Origin: Desulfobacterales bacterium
GTDB taxonomy: Bacteria > Desulfobacterota > Desulfobacteria > Desulfobacterales > Desulfobacteraceae
Direction: 5' to 3'
Assembly: GCA_030637885.1 (NCBI GenBank)
Contig: DAOWFS010000099.1
Location: forward strand, 1 to 52,705
Length of the DNA stretch: 52,705 nucleotides
Below the pieces are notes generated by a model, which was given only the letters and a program-made list of their open reading frames with translations, searched no databases and was not told the DNA's origin. Below are positions 1 to 9,000 of the stretch, one piece after another. The first letter of the stretch is position 1; each line of letters opens with the position of its first letter. The position numbers were made by a program, and so were the translations under genes.

Positions 1-564
1 GAAGATTTTTTTGAATTTGAGGCAGATAACACTGTTTACGCTGCAATTAAAAGAGAAAACACTAAAGATAAAATCTTGGTTATGATAGATCCATTTGAGA
101 CAGATGAGAATATTAAAATTAAAATGCAAGAAATTAAAAACAAGGTCATTCAATCTCTAAAAAACAAAATTAAACTTTTAGAAGATCAAGGGAAAGCATT
201 TATAGAACCATCAAAAATAGGATATTGCCTAAATTGGTTTAAAATATACGATAAAATAATCAGCAACGCTTATGAAAAATCGGATTCTGATATAATTTGC
301 ATTGACGGAGCAAAATGTCTTAAAACAGGAAAACATAGTAGCCTAAACTTCGGAGAAGTTGTTCCACATACTGATTTAGATGAAAATGATTATGATAATT
401 TAGATGATTACAATAATGCCACAGACAAAAAAGGCAGAGCAGATAAAAAAAAAGCTAAGCCTGCCTATGTAACTTCAGTTAAACTAATTCAACAAACTCC
501 GAATATCTTTTTTTCACCAAAAATAAAATCAAAACCTCTCGGAAAAAAACATTCAACTTCTTGA
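1..564 (+). CDS. Hypothetical protein of the integrated element, 5'-truncated by the window edge
   Basis: Frame 1 is open from base 1 (EDFFEFEADNTVYAAIK...) into the 76..564 ORF. Very A-rich, no recognisable family motif. Confidence 0.6.
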   Translation, partial: EDFFEFEADNTVYAAIKRENTKDKILVMIDPFETDENIKIKMQEIKNKVIQSLKNKIKLLEDQGKAFIEPSKIGYCLNWFKIYDKIISNAYEKSDSDIICIDGAKCLKTGKHSSLNFGEVVPHTDLDENDYDNLDDYNNATDKKGRADKKKAKPAYVTSVKLIQQTPNIFFSPKIKSKPLGKKHSTS

Positions 565-987
565 AGGAATCACACCACGCCAGCGTAAAAAGTTCAAACG
601 GGAAAAATTCAAGGCGAAAAAACTGGTTCCGTGGCAGTTGTTACAATTTTTTTGGGAACTTGGATTCTTACCTGGAAAAGAAAAACCGAAAAAAGGTATG
701 CGGCTCAAATCATTCTTGGGTTTTTTAAGCCACAGTGATTATAGGGACCAGGGGCATCAGTTTAAATGTGTATGGCTAAGGGATAAAATTTATGACGAAG
801 AATTCCCATCCCAAAAAAGAGAACCTGCAATATTTGTGGGTATAAACGACACAAATCTTTTACCCGTTTCTTATTTAAGAACAATTCCGGGCACAATTTA
901 TAAATAATAACAATAAAATATAAAAAATTAACACACCACACTCAAAATAATACATTTCTCCCAGAAATAATAAATAGGGGGTATTGT

Positions 988-2180
988 ATGAAAGGGGGCA
1001 TTTACACAACCCAAAAGTGCTATGAGTGTGGCAAGAACCTGAAATATGTGGAAGGCAATGGCATATTACAATGCATGGAACACCCTCAGTATATATGGAC
1101 AAAAGATTGCCGGGTCAAGTTTGATCAGGAGCATTTTAAGAGATTTCCAACTGTTCTGGATGCAGAAAAGCACTTAACCTATCTTAGGGGTCAGGTCAAT
1201 CACGGGACGTATGACTCTCGGGATTGGCGGAAAGATGAACCTCTCTCCTTCCGTAGTCAACGGGAACGTTTTGTTTTGTCAAAAAAGAAAGGCGCAATCA
1301 GCCCAAAACAGATTCGACACATAACCTATGTTTTAAAGAAAGCTGGCAAAAATTGGGATCGGCTATCTATCAAAGATATTGCAGAAGGAGAAATTGAGGA
1401 TTTTTTTGATGAGGATCATGGCATAGGCAATAAGACCCAGTCAAACTGGAAATCTGTATTAACGGATTTCTGGGCCTGGGTGGTTCGTAGAGAAAGAAGA
1501 AAAAGCAAGATCGAAATGCCAGAGTTCCCTGACATTAAATTTAAAATGGAAAAACGCATGGTAGTCAGCATGGAAGATCAGGCTGATATCATAAAGGAAC
1601 TCAAGCGAATTTCATGGGATATAAACCTCAGGATTTGGTTGGGAATCTGGTTAATGTCCTGGTATCCGAAAGTCAGACCAGGGGAGATGAGAAATGTATT
1701 AGAAGGACATATCAATCTATCTGATAAGTGGATTGTATTCCCGGACCCAAGGAAGGGGTTCCAAAATATATCAGTTTATTGCCTGAGCATATCGAGACTA
1801 TCCAAGAAATTTGGGATATGGCCCCATCTGCTTTACCAGATGTTCCTTTTTTCCGACACATAGTATCCAGGTCAGGAGTTAAGGCCGGGGTAAAATTTGG
1901 TCCTAAGTATTTCAATAAATATTGGAATTATGCTTGTAAGAATTTGGGGATTTCCGGGGTATCGGTTTCTCCCGGAGTAAGGCATTCCACAGTCACGGCC
2001 CTGGGTCAGGTCTTAACCCCAGAGCAAATCCAGCATGATATTACCGGGCACGTTTCGAATGCGTTTAAGAGATACTTTCTACCGGATGCCGAAAGAGCCA
2101 AACAGGCTACCCGGCAGATCAACAAGATCAGAAAAGAAAAATCCACAACTATTATCAAATTGCGGAATAAAAAGGGATGA
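988..2180 (+). pseudogene. Phage-type tyrosine recombinase/integrase split by a one-base frameshift near 1746-1758
   Basis: ORF 988..1863 has box I (KVRPGE). Overlapping ORF 1728..2180 has box II (GVRHS...ITGH...KRY). Joining WIVFPDP to KEGVPKY gives a protein of about 397 aa. GGGGG RBS precedes the ATG at 988. Confidence 0.8.
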
Positions 2181-2183
2181 TTA

Positions 2184-2204
2184 TTTTGTCACTTTTTTGT
2201 CACT
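2184..2204. repeat. Direct repeat TTTTGTCACT x2 (11-bp period), probable integrase arm-type sites
   Basis: Copies at 2184-2193 and 2195-2204, between the integrase stop and the tmRNA 3' end. Confidence 0.6.
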
Positions 2205-2228
2205 GTTTATTCGCCCTTAAAAAATTCA

Positions 2229-2241
2229 TAACTGCTTGATT
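2229..2241 (-). promoter_or_regulatory. IHF binding site in the att arm
   Basis: Minus strand reads AATCAAGCAGTTA, an exact match to WATCAANNNNTTR. Confidence 0.65.
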
Positions 2242-2255
2242 TTATAGTGATTTGT

Positions 2256-2614
2256 TGGTGGAGGCGGCGGGAGTTGAACCCGCGTCCGAAAACAATCAAC
2301 CCTGGCTTCTACATACTTATCTCAAAATTTAAAATTTGCTGTAAAGTCTCCTTTGAGATGGATACGAAACAGTATAGTCTGAAAAGTTCAACCTTTAAGG
2401 CTCAGACAACCCTGAAAGGCGGTCTTGCAAAGTCGACGCCCTCATCTGAAATCTGCAAGAAGGATTTCAGGAGAACGGAAGCTGCTCTACGCAGCTACAG
2501 CGTAATTATAATCATCTGCGATTATGTTTAATTCTTTGCCAAGTTTACGAGCTGACAAAATACTCGGTATGCTACCATAGGCCTCAAAATCTCCGTCGAA
2601 GCCATTTCGCCCCC
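2256..2614 (-). ncRNA. ssrA: tmRNA; tag reading frame 2519..2487 encodes (A)ADDYNYAVAA*
   Basis: 5' GGGGGCG pairs with 3' CGCCTCC-ACCA (G3:U alanine determinant). T-arm GGTTCAACTCCC. Tag ends in ...AVAA. Adjacent to smpB. Confidence 0.97.
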
Positions 2615-2641
2615 AAATTGTAAAAGATCAGATATTGTTAT

Positions 2642-2670
2642 ATTATATGGCTTATACTTTAAAAAGTCAA
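2642..2670 (-). promoter_or_regulatory. sigma70 promoter of ssrA
   Basis: TTGACT-N17-TATAAT, with the -10 about 28 bp upstream of the mature tmRNA 5' end. Confidence 0.8.
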
Positions 2671-2680
2671 TAAAGACAGG

Positions 2681-3145
2681 CTAATAGGATTGTTTTTTTC
2701 GTTCTCTGTCAAGATCACGTTTCATGTCTTTTTTCTTAATACTTTCCCTTTTATCATATAGCTTTTTACCCCTGCCAAGACCGATTTTAACCTTAATTTT
2801 ATCATTTTTAAAATATATCTGTAGCGGTATAAGCGTATAGCCTCTTTCTTTAATTTTACTCCAAAGTTTTTTAATCTCATATCCATGAAGCAAAAGTTTT
2901 CTTGTTCTTAGCGTTTCATGATTACTGTAATAGGCATATTTGTATGGTGAAATATGCAGTTGTCTTAAAAAAATTTCACCATTTTTTATGTCGGCGTAGG
3001 CATCTTGGAAACTGACCCTTCCTTCCCGGATCGACTTAACTTCGGTTCCAACCAAAACAATTCCAGCTTCATATTCTGATTCAATTAAATAGTTGTGCCT
3101 GGCTTTTTTATTGGTTGCAATAATTTTAATATATTCTGAATCCAT
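2681..3145 (-). CDS. smpB: SsrA-binding protein
   Basis: NKKARHNY, EAGIVLVGTEVKS, RKLLLH and GRGKKLYDKR motifs. Confidence 0.98.
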   Translation of the reverse strand: MDSEYIKIIATNKKARHNYLIESEYEAGIVLVGTEVKSIREGRVSFQDAYADIKNGEIFLRQLHISPYKYAYYSNHETLRTRKLLLHGYEIKKLWSKIKERGYTLIPLQIYFKNDKIKVKIGLGRGKKLYDKRESIKKKDMKRDLDRERKKQSY

Positions 3146-3148
3146 TGA

Positions 3149-4918
3149 TTATTCATCCGTCTCTCGAAAGGGAAGTATCTGTTTGTATTCCTTTAAAATA
3201 AAATTTAAAATTTCTTGAACGCTGTTGAGTGTCATTATTTTTTTTACACTCTTTTCAGCTTTTTTGGTATCAAGATCGCGTATCATTTTTTTGACCACTG
3301 GTATGGAAGCAGAATTCATGGAAAAATCCGTTAATCCCATACCGACAAGAACAGGCATATTAATCGGATCGCCAGCCATTTCTCCACACATGACAAGATC
3401 AATCCCTTTCTTCTTGGCTGCATCATAGGTCATCTTGATCATTTTCAACACGGCCGGATTGAGTGCCTGGTACAGATGTGCCACCTGTCTGTTTTGCCTG
3501 TCAATTGCCATGGAATATTGTATCAGGTCATTTGTTCCAATGCTGAAAAAATCAACATGCTCTGCAAGGTGTTCAGCCATAATTACAGCAGATGGCACTT
3601 CAATCATAATTCCAAGAGGGATATCCTTATTAAAAATTTTATCTTCATGTTCAAGTTCAAGGATTGCTTTATTAATCACCTGTTTGACCTGAATAATTTC
3701 TTCAACACAAGAAATCATGGGAATCAACAACTTGATATTGCCAAAGGCCGCCGCCCTGAAAATGGCTTTTAGCTGTGTGATAAAAATATCCTGATTTTCA
3801 AGACAGAACCTTACTGCCCGCAGCCCTAAAGAAGGGTTGGCCTCTTCAATAGCCGTCAGATATGGATTAACTTTATCCCCATTAATATCAAGTGTCCTGA
3901 TAGTGACACTCTGTGGACTCATTAATTCCACAAGCTCTTTATATTTACATAAAAGTTCATCTTCCGTCGGAAACCGTTTTAAATTAAGGTATAAAAACTC
4001 CGTTCTGAAAAGACCGATATCGGTTGCCCCATAATCTTTTGCTGCAACGACTTCTTCCACAAGCTCAATGTTGGCCATAAGGTTTAAAGAAACGCCGTTC
4101 TTTGTTACAGCGGGAAGATGGCTCTGCCTTTCTATATCGGCTCTGTATAGTTCGAATTTTGCCATACGCTCTTCATATTTAAAGAGCGTATCTTCGTCAG
4201 GATTGATAATCAGTGTGCCCAGAGAGCCGTCAACAATTAAAATGTCATCGTTATTAACACTAACGGTTGCACTGCCAAGCCCAAAAACCGAAGGAATTTT
4301 TAATGACTTTGCAACAATACTGGTGTGGGAGTCTTTCCCCCCTCGATCAGTGACAAATCCTTTTATCCGCTCAAGCTGTATCTGACTGGCGTCCGCAGGC
4401 GATAAATCATGAGCAACAATGATTACACGTTTATTAATATCTGAAATTTTAATATCCTGGGCACCAACGAGATATGACATGATCTTGTCTGAGACCTGGA
4501 CAATATCATTTACTCTATCCTGCAAATATGGGTCATCAATTTGCTGAAACATGTCTTTGACTTTTCTGGATACTTTTCTCAGCGCCCATTCAGCATTGAT
4601 TTGCTCCTGGGAAATAGTATCGATGGTCTTGCCATACAGCATTTTATCCTTAAAGAGCACCATATGTGTCTCAAGGATATTTAAATTCTCACCCAGATCT
4701 TCATCAAGGGAGTCAATGACCTTGGCATGATCATTTTTTGCTTTTAAAACAGCGTGTTTAAATCTGTCTATTTCTTTTGGTACCAGGGCATCACTGACCG
4801 GATACCGTTTAATAATGTTGACCCCTTCCTTGTCAACAATATATGCTTTACCAATGCAGATACCGGGTGAACCGCTGATTCCTTTAATAGTTATCTGTCC
4901 TGACTTTGAAATATTCAT
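3149..4918 (-). CDS. ptsI: PTS enzyme I (phosphoenolpyruvate-protein phosphotransferase)
   Basis: Phospho-His motif GGKDSHTSIVA, plus GLFRTEFL, DFFSIGTNDLIQY and MCGEMAGD. Confidence 0.96.
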   Translation of the reverse strand: MNISKSGQITIKGISGSPGICIGKAYIVDKEGVNIIKRYPVSDALVPKEIDRFKHAVLKAKNDHAKVIDSLDEDLGENLNILETHMVLFKDKMLYGKTIDTISQEQINAEWALRKVSRKVKDMFQQIDDPYLQDRVNDIVQVSDKIMSYLVGAQDIKISDINKRVIIVAHDLSPADASQIQLERIKGFVTDRGGKDSHTSIVAKSLKIPSVFGLGSATVSVNNDDILIVDGSLGTLIINPDEDTLFKYEERMAKFELYRADIERQSHLPAVTKNGVSLNLMANIELVEEVVAAKDYGATDIGLFRTEFLYLNLKRFPTEDELLCKYKELVELMSPQSVTIRTLDINGDKVNPYLTAIEEANPSLGLRAVRFCLENQDIFITQLKAIFRAAAFGNIKLLIPMISCVEEIIQVKQVINKAILELEHEDKIFNKDIPLGIMIEVPSAVIMAEHLAEHVDFFSIGTNDLIQYSMAIDRQNRQVAHLYQALNPAVLKMIKMTYDAAKKKGIDLVMCGEMAGDPINMPVLVGMGLTDFSMNSASIPVVKKMIRDLDTKKAEKSVKKIMTLNSVQEILNFILKEYKQILPFRETDE

Positions 4919-4920
4919 TT

Positions 4921-5202
4921 TTATAATTCTCCAAAACCGGCTTCAAAAAAATCAACGATCTGATCAAGAATCATCATATCTTCCTGATTTTCAATTTCTA
5001 CCACAATCTTAGTTCCTTTCACAGCACACAGTGTAAGTATGTCAATAATACTTGTTGCATCGACTTTAGTTGAGTTTACACTAAGCCATATGTCAGATAA
5101 AGCTGCCTCAGCTATTTGTGCTATTTTGGACGCTGGCCTTGCGTGCATTCCAAGTTCATTTTTAACCGATGTTTTGCGGGTAATTATTTTGCTGTTCTTC
5201 AA
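4921..5202 (-). CDS. ptsH: HPr phosphocarrier
   Basis: GMHARPA (His15) and DATSII (Ser46 equivalent). Directly upstream of ptsI. TTG start. Confidence 0.93.
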   Translation of the reverse strand: MKNSKIITRKTSVKNELGMHARPASKIAQIAEAALSDIWLSVNSTKVDATSIIDILTLCAVKGTKIVVEIENQEDMMILDQIVDFFEAGFGEL

Positions 5203-5407
5203 TCTTATTCTTTCTATAAAAAATTTTTCTTTTCTTTATATCTTTCCCCAAAAAATGTCAATGTAAGACAAGGCTTCTGAGTTGACTGTTATATTTTTGT
5301 ATGATAGGCCTTTGCTTTACCGGCTAAAACAGCAGATATTTGTTAATTTTACCAAATTTCTATCCGTACACGATTATAATAATAAGAAAACTATCGGAAT
5401 AATCAAC

Positions 5408-6076
5408 ATGAAAAAACATCATGACAACGGAAAATATCCCATTAATGATTTTAAAACAGGTGAATCATGGCGGTTGTTTAAAATCATGGGAGAATTTGTA
5501 GAAGGAATCGACGCGTTACATAATCTTGGCCCTGCAGTATCTATTTTCGGATCTGCAAGAACCAATTGCGACCACCCCTATTATAAAAAATGTGAGAACC
5601 TTGCAGCCTTGTTTGCCAAAAACGGATATTCGATTATTACCGGCGGAGGCGGCGGAATTATGGAGGCTGCCAATAAAGGGGCGGCAAAAGGAGGGGGTGA
5701 TTCTGTAGGGTTAAACATTACACTGCCGTTTGAACAAAAGCCTAATCCCTATGCAACCACTCAAATAGAATTTAAATATTTTTTCGTTCGAAAGGTTATG
5801 TTTTTAAAATATGCCCAGGCCTTTATTATTATGCCGGGAGGTTTTGGAACCCTTGATGAGTTGTTTGAAACCATAACATTGATTCAGACGCAACGTATCA
5901 GAAAGGTTCCGGTTATTCTTGTTGGTAAAGCCTACTGGGAAGGCATGGTCCATTGGGTGACAGACAAATTTTTAGAAGAAAAAATGATATCAAAAAAAGA
6001 TCTTGGTCTTTTTCATCTTTTGGATGATCCTGAAAAAATTATCCGGGTGGTAGTGGATTTTCATAAGAATCGGTAA
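5408..6076 (+). CDS. LOG-family nucleotide monophosphate phosphoribohydrolase (TIGR00730-like)
   Basis: VSIFGSAR, TGGGGGIMEA, YFFVRK and PGGFGTLDE motifs. ATG 5408 preferred over TTG 5282. Confidence 0.92.
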   Translation: MKKHHDNGKYPINDFKTGESWRLFKIMGEFVEGIDALHNLGPAVSIFGSARTNCDHPYYKKCENLAALFAKNGYSIITGGGGGIMEAANKGAAKGGGDSVGLNITLPFEQKPNPYATTQIEFKYFFVRKVMFLKYAQAFIIMPGGFGTLDELFETITLIQTQRIRKVPVILVGKAYWEGMVHWVTDKFLEEKMISKKDLGLFHLLDDPEKIIRVVVDFHKNR

Positions 6077-6081
6077 AAAAA

Positions 6082-9000
6082 TTATCTTGCAACACCTTTT
6101 GAAAAATAAAAGGCTGTATTTAAGGGTAATTTTTTTATACCAATTTTGTTCATTATATCTTTTTTTGTTTCTTCCATTGTGGAAAAACCCTGGTCAGAAT
6201 AAAAGGATTTACAAAACATTTCTCCCCATGAATTAAGATAAATTGCTGTATATTCCGTCACTTTTCGTTGCTGCTTGGGTGCATAAAAATTGATGGATAT
6301 AAACAGACAGACCACCCTGTTTTTAAGCAGCAACTGGTCAAAACTGATAACTTTATTTAACACGGGGCTGAAAAAATCATATATATTTTTAAAAAGTTTG
6401 CGAATATCATCAAAAGTCACATAGGTTGGATTAGGAACTAAATTAATGGTAATATTTTCATTATAAAGACTATTGTTAATCAACCATGCTCCAATCTCTT
6501 CAATGGTGTTTGCTTTACTTAAAGATTCTTCCTGATTAGAAAGTAATCTGGCATTTTTATTAAAAAGCTCCCAGGTTCCAATTTGATTATTTTTCTTAAC
6601 GTATTTAAGATGCAGGCCCTGGAAATGTCTGTCACTCCTTGATATGAGAAGAACTTTTTCAACTTTGCCCTTTTGTTTTGAAAATTCAATAAAAACTTTC
6701 CGGCCAAGTACTGTCCGATCTTCAGGGCTGATCATAGACCGGCCATGGAACTGTCTTTCAAATGTTTTGTTTACAATTTTATATTTTTTGACCATATATT
6801 TTTCAATGGTATTTGAAAGTTTAGCTATATCACTGTATACCCAGGTTTTAAAACTGCCGATTTTAAATATTTTTTCTTTATTCCATCCCCATTTGGACAT
6901 ACATTTTTCAAGGAGTATTTTTCTAAGGCCAAATACGGTATTCTCAATTTCAGAATCTTTTGAAATGCCAAGCTTTAGAAAAAAACAACTCAACAAAATT
7001 TCGACTGATTTTTCATCTTTAGCAGTTTCATAATACTTGAGAAGATATTTTAATAAAATATAGTATGAATCATTCTGAGCAAGTTTTAAATGTTCTCCTG
7101 AATTCATCCACTCATCTTTATATTTATTGCACAAGAGGGACTCTTTCCCATACTCATAAATATACTTTTCAAGAAGCGCCATTTTGATCACGGATTTAAA
7201 GGGACTTTTGAGCCATTTAAACATCTGCCACATGGAAGCACCAAAATATTCACTTGTTGATATGGCGTGGATATCACCCAGGTCAATATATCTTTTTTGT
7301 TTTGTCAAATTTGCAACATCATTTAAAATACTATTATAATAATTTATACTGATTGCGGTTGGCAAAACCGACCACAGTGGTATCTTGCCGGCGACATAAA
7401 TCATTGTTCGGTAAAATTCTTCTTTTAACAATCTTGTTTGTGCAGAACCTGAGCTTTCAATGGTTGAATCACCGAAATCACTGTTTTTGGCCTTAAGGAT
7501 GTCCACTAAAAAAAAAGTTACCTTGGTATCAAACTGCTTACCAGCCATATTTTCCAGTATTTCCAGTTTCTTTTTAAACAATTTAATGTCTTTAAAACTA
7601 AAATTTTCTTCGTTTATACAGACCCAGTAATCGATGTCCGAGTCTGCTGTCTGGGCAAGGGACCCGGTACTTCCAATGGTGAAAAGCCCTTCAATTGTAT
7701 AATTTGGCAAGCGCCTGGCAACAAAGGCATCATCGCTTATATATTTTTTTAAGACTTCTTGTGTCTCAAGGCTTGGAATATAATCGCAAAGGCCATGGGG
7801 CGTTCGATCATGAATATTTTCAGCTCCTGGAAAAACGATATTTTCATGGAGCAGAAAGGGTATAATTTGAAACAAATCTGCCTGTTTGGGCTTAAAAATA
7901 TCAAAGGCGGTTAACAGGCTGAGTTGATTTTGTTTTAAAAATTTTATCTCACCATAATGGATGAACTCACTGAAAATCAGCATATCTATTTCTGAAACAA
8001 TTCTTTCATCCATATGTGGCATGTCTTTAAAAGAAAGCTGAAATTTTCTGGCGTTATAATCTAAATTATCTGTTCGGATGAGTGATTTACTATTTAAAGG
8101 AAACCTGCAAAACCTTGCATGCACACCGGAAAAATCAGTCTGATCAATGTGTGAATTTAAAAAAGAGACAGCAGAAATTTTCGAGTAAGCAAAACAGGCA
8201 CAAAAAAGGTCGGTCTGATTAAAAGAAGTTCTTGAAATTGTAGAACTCAAAAACGATGCATCCTTCAGGTCTGCATTATTGAAATTGCAATTGTAGATGG
8301 AAACATTTTGAAAACTGCAATTTTTAAATACAGCCCCTTTTGCATTAACATTAATAAAAAAGGCATTATCAAAATTAACACCATCAAATTGCGTCTTTTG
8401 CATATCAATATTGTAAAAAATGCTGCTCTTGAAAAAAGCGTTCAAAAATGATGCCCTTGAAAAATCACAATTCTGAATAATGCATTTATTGAAAAAAAGA
8501 GCCGGGGCAATAAAAGTAGAAGAAGAAAGGTCTGCATTATTAATTATTTCACCTTCAAAATCAATGGAAGCTGCTTCCTTCCTGGCTTTCAACACTTCTA
8601 TCTTTTTTTCACTTGGGCTTAAAAAAAGTTTTTTTATCAATCCTTTTGATTTTTTCGATTCCTGTTTGACCAATTGAATAGTGGGATTAAATTCAGCTTC
8701 AATACTTAATTTTTCCTGTGTCAAAAGCTGTTTTGTTTTTTCGATAAACTGGATCACGTCAATTCTAACGGAATCTTTAGAATCGTTGTCATATTTTTTT
8801 AAAATTTTGACAACCCGTTCAGGTCTTTTTTTAATCATTCCCAATACACAGGCAAGGTTCACTTCAAAATTTGAGTTTAAATATTTTTCTTTATTCAGAG
8901 CAATGTCCTGAATAAAGAAAAAAGAAATTTTCGATAACGCGGATATTTCGATATTTATTACCGGTATAAGGGTAGGATAATTATCACGTACTATTTCCAG

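Larger units (their letters stand above)
1..2255. mobile_element. End of an integrative element (genomic island or prophage) inserted at the tmRNA 3' end
   Basis: A tyrosine integrase gene ends 75 bp from the tmRNA CCA end, with arm-like repeats and an IHF site in between. ssrA is an established integration hotspot. The other att copy would lie left of the window. Confidence 0.75.

Noticed and set aside
638-1102. ORFs 638..907 (+) and 875..1102 (-) as possible excisionase or regulator genes
   Set aside because: No recognisable HTH motif or clear RBS. The minus ORF is largely antisense to the integrase. Cannot be supported.
2247-2531. 94-aa plus-strand ORF (WWRRRELNPRP...)
   Set aside because: Shadow ORF antisense to tmRNA; the peptide is just the reverse complement of the tRNA-like 3' end.
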